Shown: in pieces, positions 28,493 through 39,794 of the stretch
Numbering within the stretch: the first letter of the stretch is position 1
How the letters are laid out: every line of letters begins with the position of its first letter
Origin: a virus
Strand: one strand, 5' to 3'
Length of the DNA: 64,000 nucleotides
IMG/VR virus record: IMGVR_UViG_3300027969_000047
Position numbers and translations under genes: made by a program
The notes under the pieces: model-generated
What the model was told of the DNA's origin: nothing
Seen by the model: only the letters and a program-made list of their open reading frames with translations
Database searches by the model: none

Positions 28493-29403
28493 TACGGTTC
28501 ACCAAATGGATTGTTTTCAGAGAAGTCGATGATATTATCACCCTCTGTTTGAACAATTTTATTATCTGCAATATCTTCAAATGAGAAGTCGAGGTCTTGT
28601 GCTTTCGATTCACCACTTGTTGAAAGTATCCAAGATGCATTACTTGTGGCACCTTTAATGGCTTGTAAACTTGTGAATGTTCCATTAATCTTAATGACTT
28701 CAAGTTTTCTTGTTGTTGAATTAAACGAAGTGCATTCAGCAAAAGCGGTTGCTGTAGCAACATTGCTACCTTGATATACTGTCTCATTATTTGCCGCATC
28801 GAAGTTTCCGCTACCTCCAGCATTCACAGACAATGTTGTTACTGTATAATTGTGTCTAATTTGTTCATCAACTTCTTCAACACCAGTTTCAATAATTTCA
28901 CTAGAGAATACGAATTGGCGAAGTTTCAATGAGTACAAATACACATTGTTGTCACGCCCACGACCCAATGGATAGAACATTGCAGGAGTGTTCTCATGCT
29001 CAACATGGGCAATCTCAAAGAAGTTTTGTACAAGAGGAATGTAAATTAAGTCACCTTCTTGCGCCCTAAACAATCCAGGAACACTTGCTTTAAATCTACG
29101 GCGTGAAACAAGCATTGTCATCTCATCACGAATGTCAAGACCAAACTTAGAAATGAAATCGCCTTCACCTTCCATACCAGACACATTGTTGATGTACATT
29201 TCAATTGGGTATGCAGTAACATATTTTTTCAGCTGGTCTTCACCATACAACTTATCAATACCTGAATTGTCTGTAGTTCTTGGTAAATAGTAAACATCTA
29301 TACCATAAATTTTCATGGCTTCAATCATCAAATCCTCAACGAGCAACTGCTCATTGGTTACTTGATTAACCGGAAAATTATTGAAATATAGATTCGTTGC
29401 CAT
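28492..29403 (-). CDS. gp14: neck protein
   Basis: YGIDVYYLPR, ISKFGL, EGDLIY.P, DFSENNPFG. Confidence 0.93.
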   Translation of the reverse strand: MATNLYFNNFPVNQVTNEQLLVEDLMIEAMKIYGIDVYYLPRTTDNSGIDKLYGEDQLKKYVTAYPIEMYINNVSGMEGEGDFISKFGLDIRDEMTMLVSRRRFKASVPGLFRAQEGDLIYIPLVQNFFEIAHVEHENTPAMFYPLGRGRDNNVYLYSLKLRQFVFSSEIIETGVEEVDEQIRHNYTVTTLSVNAGGSGNFDAANNETVYQGSNVATATAFAECTSFNSTTRKLEVIKINGTFTSLQAIKGATSNASWILSTSGESKAQDLDFSFEDIADNKIVQTEGDNIIDFSENNPFGEP

Positions 29404-29405
29404 TA

Positions 29406-30359
29406 TTAGCCAACTAAAATATCTGGTGGCAATACATTCAGACTTTGAATATCTTCTTCAATCTTTTGAATTTCAACAACAGCCTCATCGTAAATTGCTT
29501 GACCGTTTAGCATCACACCGCCTGGCATTTGAATGCCTGCAAACTTTTTAAGATTATTACCCCATTGTTTTTTAATCAATGCAATAGCATATCTCTTTAA
29601 GAATCTATCATTCCAAACATCAGAGATACCTGATTTTGTAATTGTTTGTCCAGTTGCTGTGCTGGTGAATGCACTGTAAACATTTAATGAAGTTGGCGAG
29701 TTGATTTGAACGATTGTTTGTGTTTGACTGCCAACAGTGATTTCATCACCAATAAACAAATCATTGTAGAAGTTTGTTCCGGTGCCAGTTACTACAACCG
29801 AAGCATTCGCAACATTGGCTGTTCCGGATGCAGTAAATGTATCGGGGTCTAATTTACGATAACATTCAACAATTACCCAATCGTTTGTTGTTATGTTATT
29901 ATTCCAATCGATATCAAGAAACAATTTGTTGAGATGGCGATTGAAACGATATTGTGGTTTACCAGAGAACAGCAAATTCAATGTTGCGATATGTTGCATT
30001 GTAATTTCATATGGCACATATGACACTGAAGTAAAGTCGTACAGGTCATGTAATCTCAATTGATAACGCAAATCGAACATGTTGATTGATGAGTTTGAAT
30101 CATCAAATGGAAACACATTCACAACACCAATCACTGCATCAGGAACATAAATCCATTTTCTTGCAATATCATCTGTTGTAATTTTGTGTTTCATGTAAAT
30201 CTTCTCAACACCATCGAAGTGATAGTCTTGAAAAAATTGTAATGCTTCATCTATTCTGTCTTCTAGTTGGTCATCATCGACATTGATATCAATGACAGGA
30301 AAACCTAACTCACGAAGACAGTAGGTTTTAAAAGTGGATCTTGTTGTTGGTTTAGCCAT
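29406..30359 (-). CDS. gp13: neck protein
   Basis: LGFPVIDINVDDDQ, KKQWGNNLKKF.G..MPGGV.LNG. Confidence 0.95.
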   Translation of the reverse strand: MAKPTTRSTFKTYCLRELGFPVIDINVDDDQLEDRIDEALQFFQDYHFDGVEKIYMKHKITTDDIARKWIYVPDAVIGVVNVFPFDDSNSSINMFDLRYQLRLHDLYDFTSVSYVPYEITMQHIATLNLLFSGKPQYRFNRHLNKLFLDIDWNNNITTNDWVIVECYRKLDPDTFTASGTANVANASVVVTGTGTNFYNDLFIGDEITVGSQTQTIVQINSPTSLNVYSAFTSTATGQTITKSGISDVWNDRFLKRYAIALIKKQWGNNLKKFAGIQMPGGVMLNGQAIYDEAVVEIQKIEEDIQSLNVLPPDILVG

Positions 30360-30369
30360 AGTGGTATAT

Positions 30370-30954
30370 TTATCCTAGTGCGATTGCCATTGCCATTGCA
30401 TCACCAATTGTTCCTGCCTGTTGTCCGCCAATAAAAACATTATCGGCATACACATTACCTTTAACGCCAGCACCGCCGGCAATAGTTATTGCGCCTGTTA
30501 TATTTGATGTTGATGTTTTTGTGTTTGAGACATATAATTGCGATGCGCTATTAACTGTAATCAATGCACCACTGTTTGCCAAACCAGTCGAACCACCGGC
30601 ATTGGCAGTGTATTGTCTTGAACCATCTGAGAATTGAATGTATTGCGAAGTCGCAACTGCACTTGCAGTAAAGTTTGTCGATACATTAATGTTATTTACA
30701 TTAAGTGTCGCTATAGTTTTATTGAATGTGAAGTTGGCATTTGAACCAAAAGAACCAGCGTCATTGTACTGAACTTCTGTGGTGAGACCGGCAGGCTGAG
30801 TTGTCCTAATCGAACCAAGAGTATTCGATGAAGTCTTATAGTAAATTATACCATCGGCGTAATTGAGAGCAATCTCACCGTTAGCAATAACACCTAAAGA
30901 AGGAGTGGCTGCCGCTGTACCCGAAGAACGGACTGCAATGACTGTATTTGCCAT
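30370..30954 (-). CDS. short fibre/adaptor protein
   Basis: Mtd_N-like N-terminus (GEIALNYADG), C-terminal AIALG. Confidence 0.6.
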   Translation of the reverse strand: MANTVIAVRSSGTAAATPSLGVIANGEIALNYADGIIYYKTSSNTLGSIRTTQPAGLTTEVQYNDAGSFGSNANFTFNKTIATLNVNNINVSTNFTASAVATSQYIQFSDGSRQYTANAGGSTGLANSGALITVNSASQLYVSNTKTSTSNITGAITIAGGAGVKGNVYADNVFIGGQQAGTIGDAMAMAIALG

Positions 30955-30956
30955 GC

Positions 30957-31496
30957 TTAGAAAGTTCCGCCAGCCGATTCAACTTTCAAAACAACATTAT
31001 TTTCTTTTACAGAAACTTTCTCGGTAGATTTTACTTCTTCAACTTCTTCTTTGGTGGTTTCAATTACTTCTAAACCTAGTTTTTTTCTTTTTGAATTTGG
31101 TAGCATGTCTTCTAACTGTTTGATGTAATGGTTTTTATCAGCAATATCATTTTCAACATTTGCAACTTTATCATTCAGTTTTGCAAGTTCCCTTGCTTGC
31201 TCATTCAATGCAGTCTGTAGACGATGTTTATCAGCATCACTATTGCTAGTGTTCTTAATGATGTTGTCTTTGTTTTCAACTTCTGAAGTTAGAGAAACTA
31301 TCTTGTTTTGTAGATTAGCATTTTCTCTAACAACAGATTCATATAAATTTCCTTTTTCTTGAAGAGCAGGTATTTCTTTTACCTTCTCTTCAAGAAATTT
31401 GATTTGCGTTTGAAACATAAAATTCTGTTTCAGCACAGCAGTGAAATTTTCTAGTACTACCTCATTGTAAACATTTATAAAATTTGCATCGGACAT
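30957..31496 (-). CDS. coiled-coil protein
   Basis: Heptad-rich K/E/N/Q sequence; C-terminal GGTF. Confidence 0.65.
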   Translation of the reverse strand: MSDANFINVYNEVVLENFTAVLKQNFMFQTQIKFLEEKVKEIPALQEKGNLYESVVRENANLQNKIVSLTSEVENKDNIIKNTSNSDADKHRLQTALNEQARELAKLNDKVANVENDIADKNHYIKQLEDMLPNSKRKKLGLEVIETTKEEVEEVKSTEKVSVKENNVVLKVESAGGTF

Positions 31497-31527
31497 AATA
31501 AAACCCTTTCATAGTATTAATTATATA

Positions 31528-33327
31528 TTAGAAACTTCCACCATTCAAATGTGCAAATGTTGGTACGCCTGAAGAATTGATTTGTAACACATGACCTTCA
31601 GTAGATGAAACTACAGTAGTCAATGCGCTGGAACCTTGACCAATGATAACACCATTCAATGTGAGTGCAGTATTACCAGTACCACCATTACCGACCGCAA
31701 GTGTGCCAGAAATGTGAGTTGTAAGACCAATTTTACCATAGCTAGGTGCAACACCCACACCACCAGAGATTAGAGCATTGCCTGTAGCAACATCGGCAAG
31801 TGATGCTAGAGTTGTTGCACCAGATGCATATACAATATCACCAGTAGTGTATGATGCAAGACCTGTACCACCACGAACAACAGCAAGTGTACCAGATGTA
31901 ACTTGAGATGCGGCAATTGCAATTTCTGCGGCAGTTACTGCTGAAACTTCACCATACTGATTAACAGTCAATGATGTGATTGTATTACCAGCGGCAACAC
32001 CACCAGTTAATGTGTAACCAGTATTCGCTTGTGATGCAAGTTTAGTACCATCAAAGATGACTCTTTGACTTGATGTGAATGATGTTCCGTTTGTACCACC
32101 TCTTGCAATAGGTAATGTACCTGTTGTTACAGCAGATGCATCGATAGCAATAGCAGTATTAGTAACAGCAGAAACTCTACCATATGCATCTGTAGTGATG
32201 ACTGGATGATAAGATGATGAACCATATGTGCCAGCAGTACCTGTGTTTGCTAATGTTGCAAGTGCAGTACCATTAAATGCAACAATACCATTTGTAAATG
32301 ATGTTTGGTTTGTACCACCATCAGCAATGGCAATTGCAGAAGCAAGACTAGAGACTGTACCACCAGTGATGTTTGCTCTTAGTGTGGCAGTATTAGCGGC
32401 AGTTAAAGAACCAGTCGCAAGTACATTTGATGTTGGGTCTGTTACTAATCCTTTGAATAAGAAGAAGTTACCTGCGGCTTGTCTGACAAGACCATGATAT
32501 GTTACAGAAGAACCTGTGTTTGCTTGTCCATAGAAACCAATATCTAAAACATCACCAACTGTATTATTGGTAGCAAGTTTGATTAGAGAATCGGTTGTTG
32601 TTACTGTTGAAGTATTGACTGTTGTGGTAGTACCAGTAATAGTTAAGTTACCTGTAACAGACAAGTCGCCAGAAATAGATTGTGCGCCAGATGTGCGAAC
32701 AACCGTATTATCAACATCAATAATAACTGTAGTATTTGCAGCCGTTACAGCAGTAGTAATACCATCACCACCTTTGAAAGTGATTGTATCTGTAGCAAGA
32801 GCGACAGGATCAGTTCCTGTATCACCAGCAATGTTTAGTGTAGTTGAAATTGAGACATTAGCCGCTGAAGTGATGCGACCTTTTGCATCAACAGAGAATG
32901 TAGGAATCTGTGTAAGACCACCATATGTGCCAGCAGAAACACCAGTCGAACCTAGTGTTAATGGAATGTTTGCATTTGCAGAACCGTCAATAGAAACAGT
33001 ACCATTGGCATCACCAGAGACACCAATTGTTCTTGCAGTTGCCCAAGTAGATGCAGTATTTGCATTACCAAACAATGATGCATAGATTGCAGTTGCTGAA
33101 AAGATACCTGCTGTATCTCTTTTTACAATCGTATTTGCTGTATTAGCAGATGCCGCATTCTCAAGTAGTTGAGTATAGTAGCGACCACCAACCGCAATGA
33201 CTTGATTGCCGGCTTGACCTATGAATAATTTACCAGATGTGTTTGAGTACGCTGGTTCAGCAACATTGAGTGTCGATGGGGCAGCCGTTCCTTCAGACCA
33301 CTTTAGTTGGATGACTGTATTTGCCAT
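31528..33327 (-). CDS. fibre protein
   Basis: MANTVIQLK start, GTL.VxxGGTG and AGTYG...GR repeats, C-terminal NGGSF. Confidence 0.75.
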   Translation of the reverse strand: MANTVIQLKWSEGTAAPSTLNVAEPAYSNTSGKLFIGQAGNQVIAVGGRYYTQLLENAASANTANTIVKRDTAGIFSATAIYASLFGNANTASTWATARTIGVSGDANGTVSIDGSANANIPLTLGSTGVSAGTYGGLTQIPTFSVDAKGRITSAANVSISTTLNIAGDTGTDPVALATDTITFKGGDGITTAVTAANTTVIIDVDNTVVRTSGAQSISGDLSVTGNLTITGTTTTVNTSTVTTTDSLIKLATNNTVGDVLDIGFYGQANTGSSVTYHGLVRQAAGNFFLFKGLVTDPTSNVLATGSLTAANTATLRANITGGTVSSLASAIAIADGGTNQTSFTNGIVAFNGTALATLANTGTAGTYGSSSYHPVITTDAYGRVSAVTNTAIAIDASAVTTGTLPIARGGTNGTSFTSSQRVIFDGTKLASQANTGYTLTGGVAAGNTITSLTVNQYGEVSAVTAAEIAIAASQVTSGTLAVVRGGTGLASYTTGDIVYASGATTLASLADVATGNALISGGVGVAPSYGKIGLTTHISGTLAVGNGGTGNTALTLNGVIIGQGSSALTTVVSSTEGHVLQINSSGVPTFAHLNGGSF

Positions 33328-33372
33328 GGTTTCTTACCTTATTGTTATAATTGATGTTCTATTTATGATTTC

Positions 33373-33936
33373 TCAAAATGACCCGCCATTCACACTTGCC
33401 AAACCAATCTCTCCAACATAACGATAACCAGTAATATAAATTACTTTTGCGGCGGTCAAAGCGGCAGGAATAGGCGATGACCCCACGAAATTTAGTACAC
33501 CAGACTGATAATCAAACCACCATTCACCAACACCAGATATACCAGCATCAGATAATTGTGTTCCAGTTGATGGTGCATTACCAACACCAGCAGTATCAGC
33601 ATATACTTTTACGAAATATGTTGAACCAAATTCAGGTGGTATCCAATCAGTTAAATTAGTTTTCCAAGTAGGATAGACACTAGAAGTTGGTGTTGATGTT
33701 GTGTCGGCAGTACATTGTACTGCGGCTGTTGTTAAATATGCTTGTACAACTCCAGTCACAGCGGCAGCCGTTGCAGGAATCTCACTTGATTTTGTCCAAA
33801 CTTTATCTAAACGATTTAATGCTGGACTTGCAATAGATTCATTACTTGCACCTTTATTCGTGCTTGTATCTGTCTTAGCAACACCAAACAATTTTTTAAA
33901 TAGTAAGTCGATTTTTTGTGTATCAGAATATGCCAT
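33373..33936 (-). CDS. virion structural protein
   Basis: WWFDYQSGVLNF, ITGYRYVG; C-terminal NGGSF. Confidence 0.6.
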   Translation of the reverse strand: MAYSDTQKIDLLFKKLFGVAKTDTSTNKGASNESIASPALNRLDKVWTKSSEIPATAAAVTGVVQAYLTTAAVQCTADTTSTPTSSVYPTWKTNLTDWIPPEFGSTYFVKVYADTAGVGNAPSTGTQLSDAGISGVGEWWFDYQSGVLNFVGSSPIPAALTAAKVIYITGYRYVGEIGLASVNGGSF

Positions 33937-36257
33937 TAGTTACTCGCAGTCTCTAAAGATAACGCCGTTACTGTCTGACCGCTTGTGAGTTTGATGCGAA
34001 CATATATTTCATTTGTTCCTGTACTTGAACTTGATACAGTACCAAATGTGCAAGTCTTGCTGTGTGCAGTTTGTGCGGAGTTTAATGTAACGACACCACC
34101 CAATGCACAACCATTGCTTCCATTACCACCAGAACCTGCGCCAGGAACACCAGAACCAGCATAAGCTACAGACATGTCTAACCAACCATTTAATGTTGAT
34201 GATGTGTCAATTGTACTTCCTGGTAATGCTACCCAAAGTCCTGCAATTGTTCCTGTGAACTTGATATTAAATTTAGATACAGATGTTCTCACAAATCTAA
34301 AAGTGAAATATTGATTACCTGTTCTACCTGTGCTTAAATTAGGACCAGCTGGTAAATATCCAGTTGCATAGTTTGTCTGGTCATGTTTTAATGTAGCGGC
34401 AACAATTGTAGCATCGTTTGCAGTCAATGTACTTGATTGACTATTGAACAAAGATGCGCCAGCACTATATGTTGGAGTGTCTGTGGTTCCTGGATTTATA
34501 ATTCTTGCGGCAAGACCTGAACCAGTACCGACAGTCGAACCAAAAGTCACTGCGGTTTCTTCCATCAAACTTGATGTACCTGTTTTATACAAAACAGTAT
34601 TTGCTAATGCGGTTGTAAATGCTTGTGATGCAGTAGAGTAACTGTTATCTACTGTAACACTTGGACCGGTTGCGGATGAACCAAATCCTGCGATAATAGT
34701 TGATGATGTATTCACAACAATAGAACCACTAGAAACAAGATAGTTTCTTGCCATTGATGTGATACCAACAGCAGGATAGTTGTTACTTGATGGTGCACCA
34801 AATGCACCACCTGCTGTGCCAGTAAAAAAGTTATTACTGGTCGGGTACATGTCACCACTTAATTTAGATACATTGACACCCAATAAGAATGTTGTTGCAC
34901 TTGTGTAGTGTGGTACTGTGCTTGAATAGATTACAGTTGTTGATGATGGAACAATTGTAGGTGTTGCAAATGTTGGAGAGCCTGGAGCCGAGTCATCATA
35001 GTACCATGAAACTGTTGATGTGTTTGAACCAGCAGAATGTGAAAGATAAATTTCATTCCATCCATTTGCCACTGTACCAGAACCTTGGCAGTCAAAACTA
35101 CGCCAAAAGTCAGCATATGAAATTCTACCAGTCTGTGCATAATCTTTACTATCAGTAACAATCAAATCACTGTATGTTCCATTTGCACTTGATGATGTAA
35201 ATGTGACTGCACCTGTAGCAACATTATTCTTTACGAGTGTTAAAGTACCAGATTCACCTGGACCCACATCATTAAATGTATTTGTTGTATATGATGAGGC
35301 TCTACGAACTGAAGTAACTGTAGAACCTGCGGCAGCCTGTTTGCTTGCTGTTGTTGTTCTATCAGTTTGTGTAAAACTTGTCATTCTATAAGTTGACAAA
35401 GTATTTACAACTAATGAAGTTGCATTTGGAAAAGCACCAGGAGACTGTGGTACTAATTTACCAAGAATCTGATTGATTTGTGCAAGACCATTTGTCACCG
35501 TTGTAGCTTGCGTTAATGTCACAGCATTACTTACAAGAACGCCAGCAGTATTTGCACCAAGAACTACAGTGTTACCAAAAACATTGTTTGCGGCATTGTA
35601 TGATGAGTTAGCTTGTGCAAAAGCAGAATCTAATCTGCCAGCATCTGCAATAGTATAATATGTTGCACCATCAGAAGAGTAAACCCATTTGTCATTACCT
35701 TCATCCCAAATCAAATATGCATTTGCTGATGCGCCACGGTCAATCTCAATACCAGCATTAGCCGCAGGAGTTGCTGATGAACCAATAGACGCATTCAATG
35801 TAATGATGTTGTCTTTGATTAAGACAGTTTCTGTATTGGCATATACATTGCTACCAATAACAGTCAAATTACCTGAGACAGTTACATCACCAGAAATGGT
35901 ACCACCAGCAGATGCAAACTTAGTATTTGCTTGATTGTATGCCGCTTGTGCTAAATTGTTTGCTGAATTAGCTTTGTCAAAAGCAGAGTTTGCTTTATCA
36001 TGTGCTGGTTGTATTTGTGGACCAACATTGTTTGCCGCATTAAAGGCAGCCTGTGCAGTTATTGTTCCTGTGTTAGCTTGTGCATACGAAGAATTTAATC
36101 TATCAATATATGCTTGACCACCAACAACCAAAACCCCATCACCATTAGCAGTACCTATGAATAAGGTATTACTAACATATGAATATCCTTGTTCACCTAA
36201 TTCAAGCGTTGTTGGCGCTGAATTGGCAATAGAGGTTTTTATCTGTATTAATGACAT
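33936..36257 (-). CDS. fibre protein with a large S/T/G-rich C-terminal beta domain
   Basis: IQIK/GEQGYSY N-terminus, AFxxAN coil, IKDNIITLN/GIEIDRG fibre motifs. Confidence 0.7.
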   Translation of the reverse strand: MSLIQIKTSIANSAPTTLELGEQGYSYVSNTLFIGTANGDGVLVVGGQAYIDRLNSSYAQANTGTITAQAAFNAANNVGPQIQPAHDKANSAFDKANSANNLAQAAYNQANTKFASAGGTISGDVTVSGNLTVIGSNVYANTETVLIKDNIITLNASIGSSATPAANAGIEIDRGASANAYLIWDEGNDKWVYSSDGATYYTIADAGRLDSAFAQANSSYNAANNVFGNTVVLGANTAGVLVSNAVTLTQATTVTNGLAQINQILGKLVPQSPGAFPNATSLVVNTLSTYRMTSFTQTDRTTTASKQAAAGSTVTSVRRASSYTTNTFNDVGPGESGTLTLVKNNVATGAVTFTSSSANGTYSDLIVTDSKDYAQTGRISYADFWRSFDCQGSGTVANGWNEIYLSHSAGSNTSTVSWYYDDSAPGSPTFATPTIVPSSTTVIYSSTVPHYTSATTFLLGVNVSKLSGDMYPTSNNFFTGTAGGAFGAPSSNNYPAVGITSMARNYLVSSGSIVVNTSSTIIAGFGSSATGPSVTVDNSYSTASQAFTTALANTVLYKTGTSSLMEETAVTFGSTVGTGSGLAARIINPGTTDTPTYSAGASLFNSQSSTLTANDATIVAATLKHDQTNYATGYLPAGPNLSTGRTGNQYFTFRFVRTSVSKFNIKFTGTIAGLWVALPGSTIDTSSTLNGWLDMSVAYAGSGVPGAGSGGNGSNGCALGGVVTLNSAQTAHSKTCTFGTVSSSSTGTNEIYVRIKLTSGQTVTALSLETASN

Positions 36258-36493
36258 TAGAATGTACCGCCACTTAGTGCATTGATGTATGGGTCAGCGG
36301 CTTCGTATTTTTGTGTTATCGAATTGTAGACAAGTGTTCTACCATTAGATGTGTTTGCGGTGTTCACATTCGACAAACTTCCCAATGAGATGTTTGAAGA
36401 TGGGATTGTTGTAACTGAAGCAACGGATTTTGTAGAAGGTCTAATCGAAACCGTTGATGCAGAATTCGTAATTACTGTTACATTCGTTACCAT
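36257..36493 (-). CDS. small fibre-associated protein
   Basis: LGSLSNV..G.TLVYN motif; C-terminal SGGTF. Confidence 0.6.
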   Translation of the reverse strand: MVTNVTVITNSASTVSIRPSTKSVASVTTIPSSNISLGSLSNVNTANTSNGRTLVYNSITQKYEAADPYINALSGGTF

Positions 36494-36825
36494 TATCGTG
36501 TCACTGATGGAAGAACTGTTGCGATACCTTCAACAACTCTAGTTTTAATATTTGATGGACTTGTCATAACCAAATCGTAAACATATCTTCCGGGAGTAAG
36601 ATTAGCAGTGTTTGCAGATGACATTGCCATGGTTATTTCACCATTAGCGGCTTCTGTGATTGAAACTGTAAAATCAACTGCCGTAGTTGAGTAGTGTGAT
36701 TTACGCATCTGTGCGGCTACACTATATGACGCTAAGTTTTGACCAGCACCAGTGGCATCATTTACTTTGACAACTGATGAATAATTGGCGCCTTGTTCGA
36801 CCGTAATTTCTGCATAACCAGCCAT
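36493..36825 (-). CDS. virion structural protein (BppU N-terminal-like adaptor)
   Basis: EQGA, AAQMRKS, GRYVYDL, TRVVEG...V.P.VTR pattern. Confidence 0.6.
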   Translation of the reverse strand: MAGYAEITVEQGANYSSVVKVNDATGAGQNLASYSVAAQMRKSHYSTTAVDFTVSITEAANGEITMAMSSANTANLTPGRYVYDLVMTSPSNIKTRVVEGIATVLPSVTR

Positions 36826-36884
36826 TGCATTCCCCCGAAAACTTGTTAATACTCTATTTAGTCATTCATGGTACTATTAGAAAC

Positions 36885-36906
36885 AAAAAACCCCGCCAAG
36901 GCGGGG
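36885..36906 (-). terminator. terminator ending the fibre-tip array
   Basis: CCCCGCC-TT-GGCGGGG followed by TTTTTT on the minus strand. Confidence 0.85.
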
Positions 36907-36926
36907 ATTTGTTATACTACAATATA

Positions 36927-37358
36927 TTATTCTGTTGGCCAGTTCTGTGCTGTTACAACAGTTGACAAAGCAGGAACATCTGCGGCACCAGCAATTGCAG
37001 TTACTAATCGTGTGCATTCTGTGATTACTGCGGCACGATGTGTTACTGTTGCTTCTGGAATTGCAACATCTCTCTCTGCTTTACGAATGACCATCCAATC
37101 AGTTTGTGATAGAATACTGTTTGCAGTTTGCTTAACAGTTTCAGTCCATAGAGTTTTCAATACGGCTAAATCTTTTGGATGGTCTACACCCCAATAGAAT
37201 CTATCATCATATTGCACATTTGTATCTTCTACTTCCGTGATACCAATTGCGTGTTTTTCTTCTAATGAAGTTAGGCGCAACCAATTGGCAGGATACTGAA
37301 CACCATTATGCTTGAATGGTGCATCTAATGGTAGAGTTTTGTTATCTAGTAAAAACAT
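36927..37358 (-). CDS. tail fibre assembly chaperone-like protein
   Basis: YPANWL, LSQTDWMVIRKAE and C-terminal WP; follows a tip gene. Confidence 0.65.
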   Translation of the reverse strand: MFLLDNKTLPLDAPFKHNGVQYPANWLRLTSLEEKHAIGITEVEDTNVQYDDRFYWGVDHPKDLAVLKTLWTETVKQTANSILSQTDWMVIRKAERDVAIPEATVTHRAAVITECTRLVTAIAGAADVPALSTVVTAQNWPTE

Positions 37359-37367
37359 TTTTTTTCC

Positions 37368-39794
37368 TTATCGTGCATTCGAATATTTGAATGGGTTTTC
37401 GGCAAAGGCCATGTAGATGTAAGTTCCACCTGATGCGTTAATATCAGTCCACGAGTTTCTTATTTTGAAACCGTTGGAATTTATGTCAAGCACATTAGAA
37501 GAACCAGCATCAGTCGCATTTGAGTTTGCGTACAAATAATTATCTACATCATTGTAGGTATCACGAGCAGTATCCAACATTACCCATCCACCTGTGCTGT
37601 CTGTGCGTTTAATCATTAAAAACCTTGCCCTAAACCCCAAAAATACAAATACGCCATCCGAAGAGCCATTGCCCGTGTAGCTGCCAAATGCGCTGTACCC
37701 TGCTACTGCTGAGAAAGCATAAAGAACTATAAGGCTCGATCCACCAGTAATTTGACCAGCAGTAATACCGATAGTGGTAGAACTTATTGAATTAAGCCAA
37801 TTTGAACCTGTTGTAAATGGAGCGTTTGTAGCATTTAAGTACATACCTTTTGTTGTTGGTATTGAGTCTACTGATTCAAAATAGTTATGCCATAGTACCC
37901 AGTTAGAAACAGAATTTCTTTCTTTGAGAATAAACATACTTGGGGCAACGCCTAATCCGTGGCCTATTGTATAGCTGCCACTTGTTTCTGTATATGTCAC
38001 GATGCTAAATCCCGCAGTTGGATTTGCACTGACTTGTGATGATATAGTTCCGCTTGTGTTAGTGACTGATGTTCCACCGCCTGCTTTCCATTGCCAAGCA
38101 ACATATGTCTCGGCGCTGTTATTGCCTTGGTCGGCGGTGTTGAGCGTAAACCCGGTGGAATTCACCGAACTCAAAATAGAGCCAGAGTATTCTACTTGGG
38201 TAAGGTCAGAACAAATAGTATTGGCGATACCACGCACAGTATCTATCAGCCTGTGGTCTCTGGCGGCTGAGCGTGATTTCTGCCATATAAAATCAGGTTG
38301 GAATGATATACCGTTGACCGTATTGGTAACAACTTGCGTGGCGCCTGTACCTGTATATGTTGTAGCCGCCATGTACGCCGCACCACTTGGTATTGCTGGT
38401 GTAGATAGATTGTATGTGTTCAGTGCATTATAACCTGTTGGTGGTGTGTATGCGAATGCCCGTTGACCAAAGTTCCAAAAGAAAGAACCATTCGGGTCAG
38501 AGTCAGAGCCAAATAACCAACCATTACCTGTGTTGGTCATCCCTGTATATGCTACACCAAGAGAAGTTCCGTTTTTATAAAATGTAATTGAGCCGGCATC
38601 AGCATCCATTGCAATACCAATGATATCGCCAGTTGTTGACGATGCCGCATAAGCAACACCGGTGTTATCGTTATTACATTTATTTCCTGTATTTACTTTA
38701 TATGCATAACCTGGATTTCTTGCACTACCAGATCCAAGAGTTCCTAAACCTGCTTTTGGTACATCAGAAGAAACCCCAATCCATTGTGCTGTTACCGCCG
38801 CATTGATATAAACTTCAGCATACCATTTTCCCGAAGTCATTGGAATAGTTGCATATGTTGTTCCAGTAACACCACCATTTGCACCAACAGTGAATTTAAG
38901 ATTTCCGTCAGAAGTAAAATCGGTGCTTGTATTATATTGTCTAATGCCAGGATTCAATACCGCATAGTTACTAGCTAAAGGTCCAACAGTCGGCGAATCT
39001 CTCATAAAATCATAAGTAACACCAGCAGTTTTGCTGATATTATTTGGTGTCCAATTGTTACCGTTACCTGAATAATCTTTACCTATTGTTGCGGCTGTGT
39101 TATCGCTAGTGTCTGCAAACTTCAAATAGAAACCGTTTGTGCCGTATGTGCCTGTGTATGCTTTTGGAACCCATTGGCCAGTAAGAATATCATTTTGACC
39201 AAATGATGATGGTGTCAGGGCTTGTCCGTCAATCAAATAAACTTCTGCTATTTCACCATCAAAATTTCCACTACCACCACCATTAGATGAGGATCCAATT
39301 GAATGTGAAGCTGTACTGTTCACATATGTGTCTGCATTTTGTGCCATCCAAGTTTGAGAACCTAGTGCTTGCTGAACGCCATTTATATAAATTTTTATAC
39401 GGTTTGTATTTGTTGCTTGTGTAGTATCTACTGCAACAACAACATGATACCATGCTGAAGGATCTCTATAAGATGCAGAAGTGTAAACACCCGGTCCAAC
39501 ACCAGCATTATTCGACATAGTTATTGATTGAACAGCAGAATAGTTAGAATCAGTAGAAATAGCAATAACTGTCCAAGGATTATTTGGTCTTCCAGCATCC
39601 AATAAAAGATTATCTGCTGGAAATGTTCCTCGCTTGATCCAAAGCGAATATGTCCAAGTTTTACGATTGCCGGCAACAGAAGGTGTTCTACTTAAAAAAC
39701 CACCTGCACTACTACGCAGGCGCAAACTATTGTTTATGAAGTAACCACCTTGACCGGAAGCACCCATCAAAGCGGTATTATGAAATGCGCTCAT
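37368..39794 (-). CDS. lectin-like virion protein (ConA/LamG-like plus SPRY-like domains)
   Basis: WTYSLWIKR, WYHVVVAVDT, YGTNGFYLKF, GKWYAEV, GDIIGIAMD, NFGQ. Confidence 0.75.
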   Translation of the reverse strand: MSAFHNTALMGASGQGGYFINNSLRLRSSAGGFLSRTPSVAGNRKTWTYSLWIKRGTFPADNLLLDAGRPNNPWTVIAISTDSNYSAVQSITMSNNAGVGPGVYTSASYRDPSAWYHVVVAVDTTQATNTNRIKIYINGVQQALGSQTWMAQNADTYVNSTASHSIGSSSNGGGSGNFDGEIAEVYLIDGQALTPSSFGQNDILTGQWVPKAYTGTYGTNGFYLKFADTSDNTAATIGKDYSGNGNNWTPNNISKTAGVTYDFMRDSPTVGPLASNYAVLNPGIRQYNTSTDFTSDGNLKFTVGANGGVTGTTYATIPMTSGKWYAEVYINAAVTAQWIGVSSDVPKAGLGTLGSGSARNPGYAYKVNTGNKCNNDNTGVAYAASSTTGDIIGIAMDADAGSITFYKNGTSLGVAYTGMTNTGNGWLFGSDSDPNGSFFWNFGQRAFAYTPPTGYNALNTYNLSTPAIPSGAAYMAATTYTGTGATQVVTNTVNGISFQPDFIWQKSRSAARDHRLIDTVRGIANTICSDLTQVEYSGSILSSVNSTGFTLNTADQGNNSAETYVAWQWKAGGGTSVTNTSGTISSQVSANPTAGFSIVTYTETSGSYTIGHGLGVAPSMFILKERNSVSNWVLWHNYFESVDSIPTTKGMYLNATNAPFTTGSNWLNSISSTTIGITAGQITGGSSLIVLYAFSAVAGYSAFGSYTGNGSSDGVFVFLGFRARFLMIKRTDSTGGWVMLDTARDTYNDVDNYLYANSNATDAGSSNVLDINSNGFKIRNSWTDINASGGTYIYMAFAENPFKYSNAR